A stretch of 64,000 bases of DNA from Leucoraja ocellata. Lineage: Eukaryota. A model generated the notes under the pieces. That model saw nothing but the letters and a program-made list of their open reading frames with translations. It did no database searches and was not told the origin of the DNA. Location: NCBI GenBank assembly GCA_036785375.1, contig JAWMAR010001270.1:124001-188000 (forward strand), in the 5' to 3' direction. Both the position numbers and the translations under genes were made by a program. Positions 22,334-34,982 of this stretch are shown here, one piece after another (position 1 is the stretch's first letter; the number at the start of each line of letters is the position of its first letter).

Positions 22334-25300
22334 GTATAGTTAAATTGTGTGCCATTTCTGGTCTAAGTATTATTTTTCGAAAATTCGGACCTGGTTTCGA
22401 GCTATTAGGTTCATCTATTAGGCGCTCGTGGGTTTATAGTTGTTTCGTGCTTTTCGACAGTTGGTTCCTGTTTTCTCTGTCCAGTATTTAAAAAAGTATC
22501 AATTGTTCTTGCTTTTTCCCCGACAGCTACCGAAGTCTATCCGACCAGAGTGTCCCAATTCCCTGCCATCTTGGACGTTGGCGGCGGTGAACATGCTATC
22601 ATGTATTGCACATTTCCAATATCGAAAGACACTATTGGCGTTAATTGGTGGAGGGACGGCATGAAGACATTCCTTGAACCGGACAGTAGAAAACAATTTA
22701 CGATAGATTCTGGAAGGGAAATATTTACTCTCCAACATGTGCGTGTCGCTGACTCCGGCCTGTATTACTGTCAAGTAAAGTTCCAGCATCAGGTTATCGG
22801 GAATGGAAGTGGCAGCCTGATCACCGTATTTGGTGAGTGTGTGTGTTAGGAAAATAAGCAATTTTCAGTTCTATGTCATTTGTAAAGTCTAGTCGCGAGG
22901 ATAATATGAAAAATCTCCTGTTGATAAATATCCGGTAATAACAATTTTAAATTACAGGGACCAGTAATTCAAAATAAAACAAAGCACAATGGACATAACC
23001 AGCAGGTCGAGTCGCACTTGTGGGACGCGTGGGTATTGAGGGTTATTCTGTTCATTGTACGATACTTTGCGAGACTCCTTTTCATTGCCGCTATGAATGG
23101 GCGCAGCCCATTCATTTAGCGGTCCCGAATTTTAAGCCAATCTCCCAGATGGATGTATCGCTAAGAACGGGTAACTGCTGAGATGGAAGGAATTCATTCT
23201 GAGGAGTGGTTAGAAATGTTTTGCGATGATATATTTAAATGATATTCCTGTTAGTTTGAGTGGCTGGAGTGTGATATCCAGGTTTCTCGTCACTAAGAAA
23301 AGAGAGTAGGAGCAATTTTAATACGTCGATGGTAGAGTCTGTCATGCCTCTATTCTACATCGACAGCTTTAGAACCTCATAAGACCAATGTGCTCCTGCA
23401 ACACAAGGACCTTGGTATTCCAACATGTGGGACTCATCGCTGCTGATTCCAAGCTACTTCAATGAAATCTTTTTTCTTTTTTTTGACATCGCTTGATACT
23501 AATTTTGTCAGGCATAACCTCAGTCTATTCAACCAATTTGGCACCGTACGGGGGAAAAAAGAAGTAAACAACATCTCAACTGAAATTATTTAAAGTCCGG
23601 GAATAAACAGTAACATTTATTTCATCATTAAAGATTATCCTGATTAAGTGAATTAAGTCAAGCTTTCTAAAGATTTGTAATAAACGGACAAAGCAACCCA
23701 ACATTCAACTCCCCGTCCAGTTAGACACCGACTGCAGCTCGTACGGAAGGAGTTCGCGTTAATAAATGCCAAATATAGGGCCTTTTACGTGCAGACCTAA
23801 CTGAGTAGAATCTGCACAGCGAGAAACAGAGCTTGTTCTTTTCCCTCGTTTGGCTTCTGCAAGCTATCATCATTAACGCCGATCTAACGTTGTCGATTCA
23901 CTGTCGCCAATTTAGCACAACAGATGGAACTGATTTGTATAGAGACACAAAATGCTGGAGTAACTCAGCGGGACAGGCAGCATCTCTGGGTAGGAGAAAT
24001 GAGTGACGTTTGGGGTCGATACCCTTCTTCAAACCTCGACCAGAAACGTCACCCATTCGTTATCCGAAGAGATGTTGCTGTTCGGTTTAAACCAGCTTTT
24101 GTAGTTCTTTCCTACATACTGACATAGAATAAGTGCGCTCGTAGATTGCTTGTAATAGAAACCACGGTGTTTTAATAAAAGCATTCAATGCGCGAGAAAG
24201 GTAGGTGTTCCAGCACTTGGTTCACATGCAGGTAAATGGTTGTGATCGGCATTTCAAACCCATATCTGGTTCTGGTTCTGGTTGATTACTGCGCAAACAC
24301 CTCATGTGGTTATCTCGCGCAGGTCGGAGTGAGTAGAGTAGAGTAGTGATTAAATGTTGAAGTGGGTGTTTTTGACCAGGGCGAGGAGATTTAGTTCATA
24401 TACTACTTAAAGTGCTAACGGGATTAAACATTAATCTTCATGTATAACCGCTTCCTGTCATCACACTATACAAATCTGTTATATTTCGATTATGATGGCT
24501 CCATTTCTTTTGCAACATATGAATGATCCGAACATGGCCACTTTTAAATAATCACGGCAGGCTTCTGGCAAAAACTTTCGCGCGATACCGGGGAACGTCC
24601 ATTCAGAACAGAGTTTATTTTGGAACTCCTTAAATTCTGTTGGCACTCCTTTAATTCACCCTCTTTGTATCTTGGTGGAGTTCGTCCGTGTGTCCGCTAG
24701 GAAAGGGAGTATAAATGAACGACAAACTGGGAAGTTTAAATATTAAATAATTTGGTCTTGACAAATACGACTCGGTGGCGAGATAAAATGTAAATATTTG
24801 CAATGAAATGGAAAGCGAACACCGATACATTTTTTTTTTTCTTTGCTTAAGATCCCCCAACTCCCTTGACAATTGTTCCTGCTGAAGGACTTGGATCTCC
24901 ACGGAAACTTGTGTGCAAAACTGGCGCCTTTTATCCGGAGAAATTAGAAATATTCTGGCTAAGAAATAACGAGGAAATTCGCACTGGAATCGAAACTGTG
25001 AAAAAACCGAGCGAAGAAGGATTGTTTGTGGCTACTAGTTCTTTGGAAATAACGCAGCCTGGGGAGGGCAAAGATATTTACACCTGTCTGGTATCACATG
25101 TCTCCCTGAAGGTGGCGGCCAGTTTCAGTTACACCCTGGGCCAAGGTAAGACTGGAGCCAGTTACACATGATATTGGGGCGGTAGATCAAATTCGATCAG
25201 ATTAATAACTGGACAGCTTTCCGTACACGGAGCGAAGGGTAAATGTGGCTCGCATTTATTCGCATGAAAGCAACACTTGCATGCTGTTTAAAATGAATTG

Positions 25301-28300
25301 CACTCCATCAGTTCTTGTAAGGAAATCCGTGTGAGATGAATTGACAAACTGAATTGATATAATGATTGTAATGAGCAAAAACGTCCTGGGATATGCATAT
25401 CTACTGTCTGGTGAAATATATGAATATAAAGCCTAAATTCCGTTTAACGTCAGTAAGCAGCTTTCCACACATGGGCACAATACAACGGCAATTGTTTGTC
25501 CTGTGGATTCCATTACTAACTTCCATCTGGTGCCTCATGATATACCTTCCAAACTTTCCGATGTGGGTATTAAAATGCACCTACGAAATGATTTGCCTTG
25601 TTGACTTCCGTTTGTATATTTGTTCTGAAATGTATAAATTCTTTACAGTTTCTTAATTTTCAGTTGCTTCATCAGGAATTGATCGCAAACAGATGATCGT
25701 ATATGCAGTAGGTGGATCAGTAATTTTAATTCTGATTATAATCGTGATAAGACTCAGCTTAAAGATATGGCACGGTAAGAATCTTGATAATAATCATACA
25801 ATAATCATTTCTATGGTTAAAACGAGAATGGATATGTCAATGGTGTTTGCTCACAGAGGAGAAAAGGAAACGTAGATGGACATGTAAAGAAATTTCTGAA
25901 GCCGGTTTTGATATATGTGTGTGATAATATGATGGATCTTCAAATTCAATTATTTCAGCTTGGAATTTGATGTATTCAATTATCACCTATGCATATATTT
26001 TCAAATATAAGGAATTTTTCAAATCCAGTGTGATTGACAATTAATGCAATGGAAGATTACGATTTTGAGGAAAAAATAACTGTGGCTTTCTGTGGCAATG
26101 AGCAAAACCAAACATCTCCTTATGTTTACATTACATTGCTGTTTCGACATGGACACGGTTCCTCATAAACCATTACAATTTTAAAGTTTCAGTTAAAATT
26201 TAGGTCCAGTGGGCGCAACATCGCGAAAGAGTACAAGATGCGTTGTATTGTTATAATTGTGACAATTGGTGCTGCTGAGCACCATCGGATATTTAAAAAT
26301 GCAATCGTTCTTATTTTCTGCAGTAAATTTGATTAAAATGAGAAGAATAATGTCAAAATCTACAGATCAATCTTTACAATTCAAGTTGTTTTTATGTAAC
26401 TCTTATTTCATTCCTCTAGGCCATAACGTAACCTCTGTAGGAATACGTCCGAACGGGGAGCCGGTAGGTGAAATGTCTCCTCTTGTTTCAAAATAGGGAT
26501 TATTCGTAGCAGAAATATTAATCAGTTTTATTCTATAGTATCGTGGAATACTCTAGGGCAGGATGAAACCATTATTTATTTTTCAGGTTACGTCAAGTAT
26601 ACATCCACTAATAATTTGAAAATTCCTGTTGTATCTGCTTCAACATCTTTTGACAATTCCATGCCAGATCATATCCTAATTTATTCTAAAGTGAAAGGTG
26701 ATGTTTAGGATGAAAATATGAGCCTTTATTAGTTCTGGTGGCAGGAATACTTAAAAATATACGGTACGGTAATTAAAATGAAAATGAAAAGAACCTTTGT
26801 CGAGAATTTAATTTGCTTTCTTGAGCCGTTCTTTAACGTGTTAATTGCAGTTTTGGCTTCGATCCTTAACGAAGGGCCATTTAACCGGATATCGTGGATA
26901 GGGGAGAACCAGTGGATGTGGTGTATCTGGACTTCCAGAAGGCTTTCGACAAGGTCCCACATAAGAGATTAGTATACAAACTTAAAGTACGCGGCATTGG
27001 GGGTTCAGTATTGATGTGGATAGAGAACTGGCTGGCAAACAGAAAGCAAAGAGTAGGAGTAAACGGGTCCTTTTCACAATGGCGGGCAGTGACTAGTGGG
27101 GTACCGCAAGGCTCAGTGCTGGGACCCCAGCTATTTACAATATATATTAATGATCTGGATGAGGGAATTGAAGGCAATATCTCCAAGTTTGCGGATGACA
27201 CTAAGCTGGAGGGCAGTGTTAGCTGTGAGGAGGTAGCTAGGAGACTGCAAGGTGACTTGGATAGGCTGGGTAAGTGGGCAAATGTTTTGCAGATGCAGTA
27301 TAATGTGGATAAATGTGAGGTTATCCGTTTTGGTGGCAAAAACAGGAAAGCAGACTATTATCTAAATGGTGGCCGACTAGGAAAAGGGGAGATGCAGCGA
27401 GACCTGGGTGTCATGGTACACCAGTTATTGAAAGTAGGCATGCAGGTGCAGCAGGCAGTGAAGAAAGCGAATGGTATGTTAGCTTTCATAGCAAAAGGAT
27501 TTGAGTATAGGAGCAGGGAGGTTCTACTGCAGTTGTACAGGGTCTTGGTGAGACCACACCTGGAGTATTGCGTACAGTTTTGGACTCCAAATCTGAGGAA
27601 GGACATTATTGCCATAGAGGGAGTGCAGAGAATGTTCACCAGACTGTCAGGACTGTCTTATGAAGAAAGACTGGATAGACTTGGTTTATGCTCTCTAGAA
27701 TTTAGGAGATTGAGAGGGGATCTTATAGAAACTTACAAAATTATTAAGGGGTTGGACAGGCTAGATGCAGGAAGATTGCTCCCGATGTTGGGGAAGTCCA
27801 GGACAAGGGGTCACAGCTTTAAAACCGAGATGAGAAGAACTTTTTTTCACACAGAGAGTGGTGAATCTCTGGAACTCTCTGCCGCAGAGGGTAGCCGAGG
27901 CCAGTTCATTGGCTATATTTAAGAGGGAGTTAGATGTGGCCCTTGTGGCTAAGGGGATCAGAGGGTATGGAGAGAAGGCAGGCACGGGATACTGAGTTGG
28001 ATGATCAGCCATGATCATATTGAATGGCGGTGCAGGCTCGAAGGGCCGAATGGCCTACTCCTGCACCTAATTTCTATGTTTCTATGTTTCTATGTTTCTA
28101 TATGGCCTACACGGCATCGAAACTGCTTCTCACAAAATTACTATTTTGTGCTGGCTGCTAAATGGAATCCCACAAATGCATCTTCCACTCTGCAATACTT
28201 AGAAGAAGAAATCTCCAAAATCTGCAAAAGACTGATATTCGTATTGGCACTGGTTAATTATTGTCATGTACACCGAGATTCAATTATAAACTTTATTTTG

Positions 28301-30140
28301 CGTGCAATCCGGAAAATGGATACCATGTATGGGTACAATCATACCATACCCAAGTGCAAAAAGGGAAATGACACAGGATGCAAAATATTGTGTTACAGCT
28401 AAAGAGAAATTCCACATTTTAAAAGCGCAAGGACCAGAACGCGGTAAATCACAGATCAGGATTGCACCATTAACTTGCTTGACGCCTGTTTAGTAACTTG
28501 ATAACATCGAGTATAAAGCCGTTTTTAAATCTTACACAAGGCGATTTCAAGCTATTCGTATTCTGTCCGCCGAGGGAAGAGGAGAGAATGACGGAAGCTT
28601 GTTTACGTGGTTGGCTGGGCTGCAATCACAGGTTCCTGCGTTTCTTAAGGTCCTGGGCAAAGCTGTCGCTAAACCAATTTGGGATTCATCCCCATATAAT
28701 TATTTCGACAGTGCAGCTGTGGAATTTGGGAAGAGACTTTGGAGACCGTCCAACTTTCCTTGGTCCTCTGGGAAGGTCGAGGCAATGGTGTGCTTTCATG
28801 GTGTTAGAATTAATGTGGTTGGACCAGTGCAAATTATTGGTGATGTTTATCGCCAGGAAACTCGACCAACACCATTATCCACCCCTTTCCTTGAAATGAC
28901 ATAGTTGGTAATATCATTGAAAGCAAGTGAAATGTTAATCTATTCCTCTATATCCCGCGTGCATCGATTTTCAGCCCCAGTTACAGTTCTAGTGCCATAT
29001 CAGCTATATAAGCCTGGTCACCCGCAGTATTAAATGTACTTTTCTAATAGGTGAGACAAGCACCAATTGAACATACCGCTGCCTATGCTACACTGAATTT
29101 AAGCGAGAGCAAAGGATTTTCAAATGGTCTACAAGAAGAACAACATGTCGCCTATTCACAGGTAATGCTCTTGGACAGCGTAATTTAGATATGGAATGAG
29201 CATTGTTCCAAATGTAGTTGCTTTTTCCAAACTGCAGGGAAAATATAAGTGCACAATGGCAAATCTTCATTTAAGTAAAACCTATCACCCGCTGCTCATC
29301 AGAGCATAAATATAATTTTCCTTTCCTTATTCGGGTTTAAATTCAAATGTAAATTGTATGTGAAGAAATAAAGGGTGGGAAGCTAGGAACACACAAACCT
29401 ACCCAGTTCTATAATCAGGGCGAAATTAAATACAAATGCAAGTCAATGGCCTGGGAAAAGAGAGTAAACAAGCCGTTCAAATTATCCACCGAATAGGGGA
29501 CTCGTGTCAAAAACTGGGGACGCAGAGCCATAGGAAGTAGTACCAACTTATATTCTATTGCATTTCGGTGCCACTGATGAAGCCGTGAGCCGCGGTGTCT
29601 ATTGGAGAGGTACCGGTAGCTTCAGTCTGCGAACCACCTCTTGGGCTCGACAGGCAAAATGGATTCCCGCCAATCCCACAAATACACTTTAAAAGGGGCT
29701 TCGAATTATGCCAAATATTTAATACTGCGGATACAATTTTGAGCAATCACCAATTCTCCTAACTTTCGTAATTACATCGAAGTTGACATAAACGAAAAAG
29801 AAAATAATTCTTTTGTGGGACAAGAACAGCTCCTCGCGTTTAAACTCAATATCAAGCAGAAAGGTATAGCCAAAAATAAATCTGCAAATCAATACCATTG
29901 TAAAAATAACAACTGATGGGTTGCATAAAATATTATTTTAAAGCAGTATGCTCAAATTCGCCACTGAATGATTGCCTAATCACCGATCATTAATTACTTT
30001 CGCAGACTAAAAGAGGTGGACATGACAAGCTGACCTACGCAACTGTGCAACATGACAACCCCAAGAAAACGTCAGTATCCAAACAGAACAAATACACGGT
30101 GTACGCAGATGTGAATACTTCAAAAAAGACGTGTAACTGA
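22279..30140 (+). CDS. Gene A: inhibitory-type IgSF receptor, L-V(J)-C1-TM-cyt with ITIM+ITSM, 314 aa. join(22279..22333,22527..22832,24852..25145,25664..25774,26420..26463,30006..30140)
   Basis: Six exons with canonical AG/GT ends and intron phases 1,1,1,1,0. Total 945 nt, open to a TGA at 30138-30140. Domain motifs are listed in the exon entries. Confidence 0.85.
22527..22832 (+). CDS. Gene A V-type Ig exon with germline J-like G strand
   Basis: Acceptor cccgacag|, donor G|gtgagt. Motifs VSQFP...IMYC...VNWWR...FTLQHVRVADSGLYYC...IGNGSGSLITVF. Confidence 0.93.
24852..25145 (+). CDS. Gene A C1-set Ig exon
   Basis: Poly-T tract and taag| acceptor, donor G|gtaaga. C1 hallmarks LVCKTGAFYP, W, and YTCLVSHVSL. 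Confidence 0.93.
25664..25774 (+). CDS. Gene A transmembrane exon (VASSGIDRKQMIVYAVGGSVILILIIIVIRLSLKIWH)
   Basis: ttttcag| acceptor, G|gtaaga donor, uncharged hydrophobic stretch. Homologous to the other TM exons. Confidence 0.88.
26420..26463 (+). CDS. Gene A short cytoplasmic linker exon (GHNVTSVGIRPNGEP)
   Basis: tttcattcctctag| acceptor and CCG|gtaggt donor. Its 44 nt convert phase 1 to phase 0, exactly what is needed to read the terminal exon in the ITIM frame. Confidence 0.7.
26890..28102 (+). mobile_element. CR1 LINE RT fragment in the last intron of gene A
   Basis: 342-aa ORF with YLDFQKAFDKVPH, GVPQGSVLGP and FADD; (tttctatg)n tail. Confidence 0.96.
30006..30140 (+). CDS. Gene A terminal exon with ITIM (LTYATV, 30030-30047) and ITSM (TVYADV, 30096-30113)
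   Basis: ctaat branch-like motif and tactttcgcag| acceptor. Translates to TKRGGHDKLTYATVQHDNPKKTSVSKQNKYTVYADVNTSKKTCN*. Not in the ORF track because it has no ATG. Confidence 0.87.
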   Translation, partial: TKRGGHDKLTYATVQHDNPKKTSVSKQNKYTVYADVNTSKKTCN

Positions 30141-30880
30141 CAATCCAAATAAGGTTTAGATGGTAGACTATTTGTTTGAGTATAAGCCCAAAGTTTAACT
30201 TGTTGCGTCCAGAATTTATAGTAATAATTGTTAGAGGGTAGAAAGCAAGTGACCATTTTCATCTTCGATGAAAGACAGGCTCACTGTTGGAATTTGTCTA
30301 TTGCAGATTAAAATAAGAATATACAAAGTAGAAGCAGCAATATGTTATTCATAACTATTAACTTTCATTCCTGGTCCGTATCGAACTTCTCCAAATGCAA
30401 ACGCTTCAAGTTATGCTTCTTGGATACCATATATTTGCATTTACATAGCGATCCTGCTGCGAAATGTTTGTCGAATGTGGTATTTTATTTCAAAGTGGGA
30501 ATTTGAAGATAGGGACAGAGATGCTAGCTACACAGAGATTTTGATAGGAAGGAAACGTTACAGCAGCTGAGTGAAAAAAATGGTCAAATGGTAGGTTCAA
30601 TGAAGATTGGGCGAGAGGGATTGGGGGTGGGGGGAAAGTATCTATAGCTTGGGACTTGCCTTAAATTAGTACTGAGATGGAATATCATTCCACACCAAAT
30701 TTCTTAGACAATAATACCTTTTGTGCAATTATCACACCATTTTGCTGGATATGGGTCAACGGACTGTATGGTACATGCTTGTAAATGAGTAAAACAAATG
30801 TTCTTCCTAAAGCACTGTTGTTTCTGGGATAGGGCGACTGGTTACAAATAAAGCCTTCTGAAAGCCCAGATATAAGACAT

Positions 30881-30989
30881 CCACTGGTTCTCCCTTATCC
30901 ACTCTACTAGTTACTCCACTTATCCGCTCCACTAGTTACACCCTTATCCACTCCACTCCACTAGTTCTCCCTTATCGACTCTACTAGTT
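30881..30989 (+). repeat. Short imperfect tandem repeat (unit approx. ccactagttctcccttatccact)
   Basis: About four diverged units. Confidence 0.7.
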
Positions 30990-31438
30990 TATGGAGGGAG
31001 GGAGTGGCTGAGGGTAGGGGAAAGGAGAGGGAGGAAGAGGTGAGGGAGGGGGGTTGGGAGAGGAAGAGGAGAGAGAAAAGAGGGTGAAGAGAAGGCAGAG
31101 GGAATGCTGGGAGATGAGGGGGGAGGGAGGAGGATAGGGGTAGGAAGAGAGATGGCGAGGTAATGGAGGAGGGGAGGGGGAAGAATGAGGAGGGGCGGGA
31201 GGGGTGAGGGGAGGAAGCAGAGGGGGGTTGGTGGAGACTGGGGAGAGGGTGGATAATGGAGGAGGGGAATAGGAGACTGAAGAGGGAGAGTAGATGCGTA
31301 AACATTGATCTTATTTTTTACGTTATTGCCATTTTAAACTTTAAAAGCATCCGCCGCGCCTGCGCAGTTGGGAGCTATGGGTGAGTGAAGGAATATCGCG
31401 ATGGGGGAACGGGGCCCAACGAGTCCCACTTGGTCTAG
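30990..31438 (+). mobile_element. 3' part of the same Helitron-like family as 4216-5354
   Basis: Ends GGGGCCCAACGAGTCCC-acttggt-CTAG|T. Reverse complement matches about 4216-4320. Confidence 0.65.
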
Positions 31439-31969
31439 TTGACTTTGAAATCCAATATCAGCAGATCTGGTGACAGGTATAAGGGAAATGCAAGTTTCCA
31501 AAGTTTGGATGATGGTCACCGATGAGCTCATTAAAAAAACGGGGAAGGCTCTTGCACGGGGCTCTTCGGTTGCAACCAGCATGATGATGAACGACTTTGA
31601 AAAGTAGAGGGTATCTGATGGTAAGTAAAAATAAGCCCTGATTTTTTTAATCAGCCCATAACGCTTCAGAAAAACAGCGTCACTCTTCAGCTGTTCTTTC
31701 ACGAAGGCCCTGTAATAACACATTAATTGTTTGTGAACCTCATTCCATAATATGTTTGTGAAAATTGTTTAGTGCCACTGGATCCTGGCCCAGATCTGTC
31801 TGTGCACCAGTCTCCCCACGGTAAACAAAGTCACGCACAGGTTTTCCTCCATTTAGGGTATAGCATCCTGCAGCCACCCATGTTTGAGTCAATGGGTATG
31901 TGCATGTGGTGGATACAAACTTTAATTTGGACCTGTACCGTACAGACCTATGCATATGTCAATAAATTC

Positions 31970-32845
31970 AATAGTCAATAGTCAATAGTCTATTTAATTG
32001 TCATTTGGACCCCTGGAGGTCCAAATGAAATGCCGTTTCTGCAGCCATACATTACACACAAATAGACCCCAGACACAACATAATTACATTTTACATAAAC
32101 ATCCATCACATAGCTGTGATGGGAGGCCAAAAAAGCTTATCTCTCCACTGCACTCTACCCCCCCCCCCCCCCCCATGTCAGAGTCAAAGTCAAAGCCCCC
32201 GGCTGGCGATGGCGATTGTCCCCCGGCCATTAAAGCCACGCCGGGTGGTGCGAGGTCGCACACCGGGTCTTGGTGTTAAAGACCCCGGTGTGCGCTCGCA
32301 GAGTCCCGCGGCCATTCCAAGCCGCGCGGGGCAGTGATGTTAGGCCCCGCTCCAGGAGCTCTTCGACCCCGCAACTCGGGCGGGAGAAGTCGCCGTTGCA
32401 GGAGCCCTGAAAAGCGGTCTCGCTCCAGGGAGCCGCGGGCTCCCGGTGCCGCCGTCCGCAGACCCGCAATAGCAGCCTCCGCATCAGCAGCAGCAGCGGC
32501 AGCAGCAGCAGCGCTCCTCCACCGCTCCACCCGCTCCGGTCTCGGCCAGCTCCGCGACAGCGACGGTGAGTCGTAGCACCAGAGTCCCCGGCTTCTTCCT
32601 GTTGGAGGCCGCTCCTCGTTGCGGCCCCAACGACAACTGAGACCCGACGAGAAAAAGTCGGGTCTCCAGTGCAGGGAGAGATTCAAAAGTCCCCCCCCCC
32701 CCCCCCCTCCCACACCAACCCCGCCCCCCCACACACACACCCCAACATAAAATAACAAAAACTACATAAAAACACAGACAAAAAATAATAAAAACGCGGA
32801 CGGCTGCAGAGGCCGCTGCTGACCAGAGTCGCGCCGCCTACCGGA
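31970..32845. mobile_element. Unclassified GC-rich interspersed repeat with a (caatagt)n end and a CAG tract
   Basis: Abrupt compositional change and a short tandem tail typical of a non-LTR 3' end. Family not recognised. Confidence 0.45.
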
Positions 32846-33199
32846 TTCTACCAAATTCTACTTGACTCTATACATCACGAATGTTGTAATAATCTACATT
32901 TTGCAAACGAATAGGGAAATTAATAGTTCTCCTATAACCTTTCATGAGACATGGGAAATAGAAACTGAGACAAAACGATGTAAAAATAGGAAATCAAAAC
33001 GGTTGGATAGATGAACAGGTCAGACTGCAGGCTGGAGGGAAAAACGTTTAATATTTCAGACGAGGGATCCCTGATCAGAACTGTGAAATAGAGAAAGGTG
33101 TTAGCCTACTGAATATCAAGATTTTGAAGAGGATGATGGGTGGAATAAAGATAATTCGCTAATAAAATCATGATTAGATTTGATTATACCATGGCCGTG

Positions 33200-33573
33200 T
33201 AGAAAAATAGAACATAGGTGCAGGAGTAGGCCATTCGGCCCTTCGAACCTGCACCGCCATTCAACATGATCATGGTTGATCATCCAACTTAGTATCCCGT
33301 ACCTGCCTTCTCTCCATACCCCCTGATCCATTTAACAACAAGGGCAACATCTAACTCCCTCTGAAATATAGCCAATGAACTTGGCCTCAACTACCTTCTG
33401 TGGCAGAGAATTCCACAGATTCACCACTCTCTGTGTGAAAAATGTTTTTCTCATCTCGGTCGTAAAAGACTTCCCCCTTATCCTTAAACTATGACCCCTT
33501 GTTCTGGACTTCCCCAACATCGGGAACAATCTTCCTGCATCTAGCCTGTCCAACCCCTTAAGAATTTTGTAAG
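33200..33573 (-). mobile_element. CR1 3' fragment
   Basis: Minus-strand ORF TYKILKGLDRLDAGRLFP...FFTQRVVNLWNSLP. Confidence 0.9.
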
Positions 33574-33826
33574 TTGGTGCTAATTTGATTCTACCTCCGG
33601 GACAGAAGTGGAATGAAGAAACTAGAATTATGAGGTTCATAGACAGGGGAGATAGTCAAAAATCTTTTGTCAAATGGTAGGGGAGTCTAAAACTAGAAGG
33701 TGTATGTTTAAAACAAAAATTGATATATTTGGTGAGTACACGGAGTAATCTGCCTGGATGTTGTTGTCTTATGCTGCACGTCTCCGTTTTCCCTTTAAGC
33801 GAATGTATCTGCAGCTCGAGTTAATA

Positions 33827-33900
33827 AGAAATTCACAAATAGCCGAGACTAGAATTGCGCTCGCGAACTTGCTGATGACGTCGTGGAAACACTTTGTGGT
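33827..33900 (+). promoter_or_regulatory. Putative conserved upstream element of gene B (CRE-like / NFAT / RUNX motifs)
   Basis: TGACGTCG-TGGAAA-cactt-TGTGGT; paralogous to 17877-17949. Confidence 0.45.
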
Positions 33901-34009
33901 GAAAAGCAAAATGTCGCCTTCTTACGTTACAGATCAGAACGGCGATTTGAGCAATTTATGCAATAGCTTATTTCGGCGTGACAAATGTATGTAAAGTTGC
34001 TCCGAAAAG

Positions 34010-34860
34010 TCTGTGTTTCAATTCCAAGTCGTGTGTTTAGTTCAGTTTACTTCAGCAAATTATTGTCGCGTCTACCGAAATACAATGAAAAACAATTCAG
34101 TGCGTGCTGTCCTGTCAAAGAAAATACTATACATGAATACAATCAAGCCGTCAACAATGCACAGAGAAATTGTAACGGGTACAAAACTGAGTGCAAGATA
34201 AAGGCCAATGAAAGATGGTTCAAAGTTCTTATGTGAGATGGATGAGGTAGACGAGGAGCGCACTCTAGCTGATCAGAGGACCGTTCGTTCATTTGCCAGA
34301 TGACAGCTGGGAGGAAATTGTCCCTGATTCTGGAGATATGCGTCGGAAACTTCTGTAAGACTTGCCTCGTGTGAGAGGGGAGAAGAGTGATGGCCGGTGT
34401 GAGGCTGGTCCTTGATTATCCTGACGGCCTTGCCGCGGCAGATGGAGTGTAGACGGAGTCAATGGATGGGAAGTTGGTTTGTGTGATGGTCTGAGTTACG
34501 TCCATAACTTCTTGCAATTTCTTGTGGTCTTGGATGGAGCTGTTTCCAACCCCGTCTATAATACATCCCAAAAAAGTTGTTTACAATGTCTCTGTCGAAG
34601 TTGGTGGGGGTTATTGATGTCATGCCGAAATCCCTAATCCTTCTCAGGACGTAGAGGCATTCGTGGGCATTTCTGGCCATAGTTTCGACGTGGCTGGTCC
34701 AGGACAAATTGCGGGTGATATTTATTCTAAGGCACTTGAACCTTTCGACCATTTCTGCTTCGGTGCCATCAATGCATAAGTGGGGTGTGCACTGTTTCTC
34801 TTGCTGAAATCAACCACAGTCTCCTTTGTCTTGCTGACATTGAGGGAAAGGTTGGCTTGA
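34010..34860 (-). mobile_element. Degenerate Rex/Babar-type LINE fragment
   Basis: Minus-strand peptides NLSLNVSKTKETVVDF and VERFKCLRINITRNLSWTSH...LYVLRR. Confidence 0.7.
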
Positions 34861-34982
34861 ATGTTCTCAATCTCCTCTCTGTTCTCTGGCCAGAAATAAA
34901 ATGAGAATATATACTTCAACATTTTTTCCTGGAATTAATTTTTCAGTTATGATGAGAGACTGGGAAGGCTGTCTGTCGCATA

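Larger units (their letters stand above)
1..23034 (+). repeat. Copy 1 of a ~41-kb tandem segmental duplication (matches 41211-64000)
   Basis: Position 1 (tcttaataagcaaacc) recurs at 41211, and the window end (...gggacgcgtgggt) matches 23034. ORF-track entries are paired throughout. The offset drifts from 41210 to 40966 through indels. Confidence 0.97.

Noticed and set aside
22760-22900. Rearranging Ig/TCR/IgNAR V segment with RSS
   Set aside because: No CACAGTG heptamer or nonamer after the YYC. The J-like strand is in the same exon and ends in a splice donor. The ITIM/ITSM tail is not an antigen-receptor feature.
26894-27922. 342-aa ORF as a host gene or domesticated RT
   Set aside because: 5'-truncated CR1 with internal deletions, a 3' frameshift and a standard CR1 tail.
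22527-30140. Assigning a gene symbol (NCR3, SIRPA, PDCD1, NCR3LG1, CD79A)
   Set aside because: Each matches only one module (G strand, C1, tail motifs or the WWR motif). No ITAM is present for CD79A. Orthology needs phylogeny and synteny.
32230-32758. Ala/Arg-rich ORFs and CpG-island-like segment
   Set aside because: Lies inside a repeat-like block with a tandem tail; no splice structure or recognisable domain.
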